A DNA stretch of 64,000 nt from Bugula neritina (taxonomy: Eukaryota > Animalia > Bryozoa): assembly GCA_964035545.1 (NCBI GenBank), contig OZ037768.1, forward strand, positions 10,882,741 to 10,946,740, written 5' to 3'. Made by a program: the position numbers and the translations under genes. Under the pieces are notes generated by a model. It ran no database searches. It was not told the origin of the DNA and saw only the letters and a list, made by a program, of their open reading frames with translations. This document shows, piece after piece, positions 63,329 to 64,000 of the stretch. The stretch's first letter is position 1, and each line of letters begins with the position of its first letter.

Positions 63329-64000
63329 CTAGTGAAACACACAACAAACTATTAACTGTTACTATACTTACCAACTTTGAAGCTATATTGTTTTGTAGCA
63401 AAAAACTCTTTTGATAACAAAATACAAACAAAACTAGTCAATTAAAAATATAATGCCAGTGCCAAAAATAATACAAATACCTTTTTTAATATATTACAAC
63501 AGTTATTTCTATAGCATTGTCCATATCTAATCTTTTTAAAGTGTGAAAAGAATTTTCCATCTACTATAGTTGGTAAAAACTTAACTGACAATTAAAACTC
63601 ATTTACAGCTAGAAGCTTGCTGCACAGACATTGAATTTGAAGCAGCGAATATGCTGGCATATTTAGTCTCAAGAAAGTGTAGGCTGTAGCCAAGTTGTTA
63701 TTATTTGTCTCCTTGCAGTAGAGCTGCAAGCCTTTTATATTTACTCTAGGTATAGAGAGTTGATAACTCCACAATATGACATAAAATAACATATACAATA
63801 AACAGGGATAACTCCCAAAGCCATGTTTTGTAAAATATTCCAGTTCATTCAAGAGTCTCAAATATCATCTCAAAAATACAAAAGACGATTTCATAACAAC
63901 AGATTGAATGCTAAATTTACACAAAAAGCTAATAAGCTAAAGCTGAAAAAAGATTTAAGCATGCCTATAAAATCTTGCCTTCTAAATTAGTAATCCTATA

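Noticed and set aside
63592-63861. 89-aa ORF upstream of the PTP exons (also 60312-60515 downstream of the TIR-like stop)
   Set aside because: No recognisable motif and no convincing splice connection.

Overview
AT-rich, intron-rich genomic DNA from an invertebrate animal (GT-AG introns, microsatellites, MITEs, SINEs). It is not prokaryotic, so most of the supplied ORF track is noise; gene models below were spliced by hand. In order: (1) 5' part of a furin-type proprotein convertase (minus, runs off the window start); (2) an intron-rich CCDC177/CCDC185-like coiled-coil gene (minus) with an RFX X-box in its 5' exon; (3) an intact AADAC/NCEH1-like HSL-family esterase (minus) whose last intron holds a hAT element with a nested foldback element; (4) a ~21-kb, ~28-30-exon minus-strand gene for a ~1,400-1,500-aa protein I cannot name, with a Cys/His motif, four ~60-aa 'RTKSGRL' repeats, three exon-encoded 'VSAGGTR..ADG' repeats, many D-x-x-G hairpin-like charge blocks and a C-terminal four-EF-hand lobe, plus signs of an internal alternative start; (5) a divergent plus-strand orphan gene ending in FFCCC; (6) a PAN/apple + F-type lectin pseudogene; (7) a solo-LTR-like segment between two (TA)n tracts; (8) a damaged half tyrosine-phosphatase domain whose splice phases allow in-frame joining to intact TIR/SEFIR-like exons. 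The best candidates for something undescribed are gene 4 and the PTP-TIR/SEFIR-like chimera. No database search could be run, so every novelty statement is unverified.
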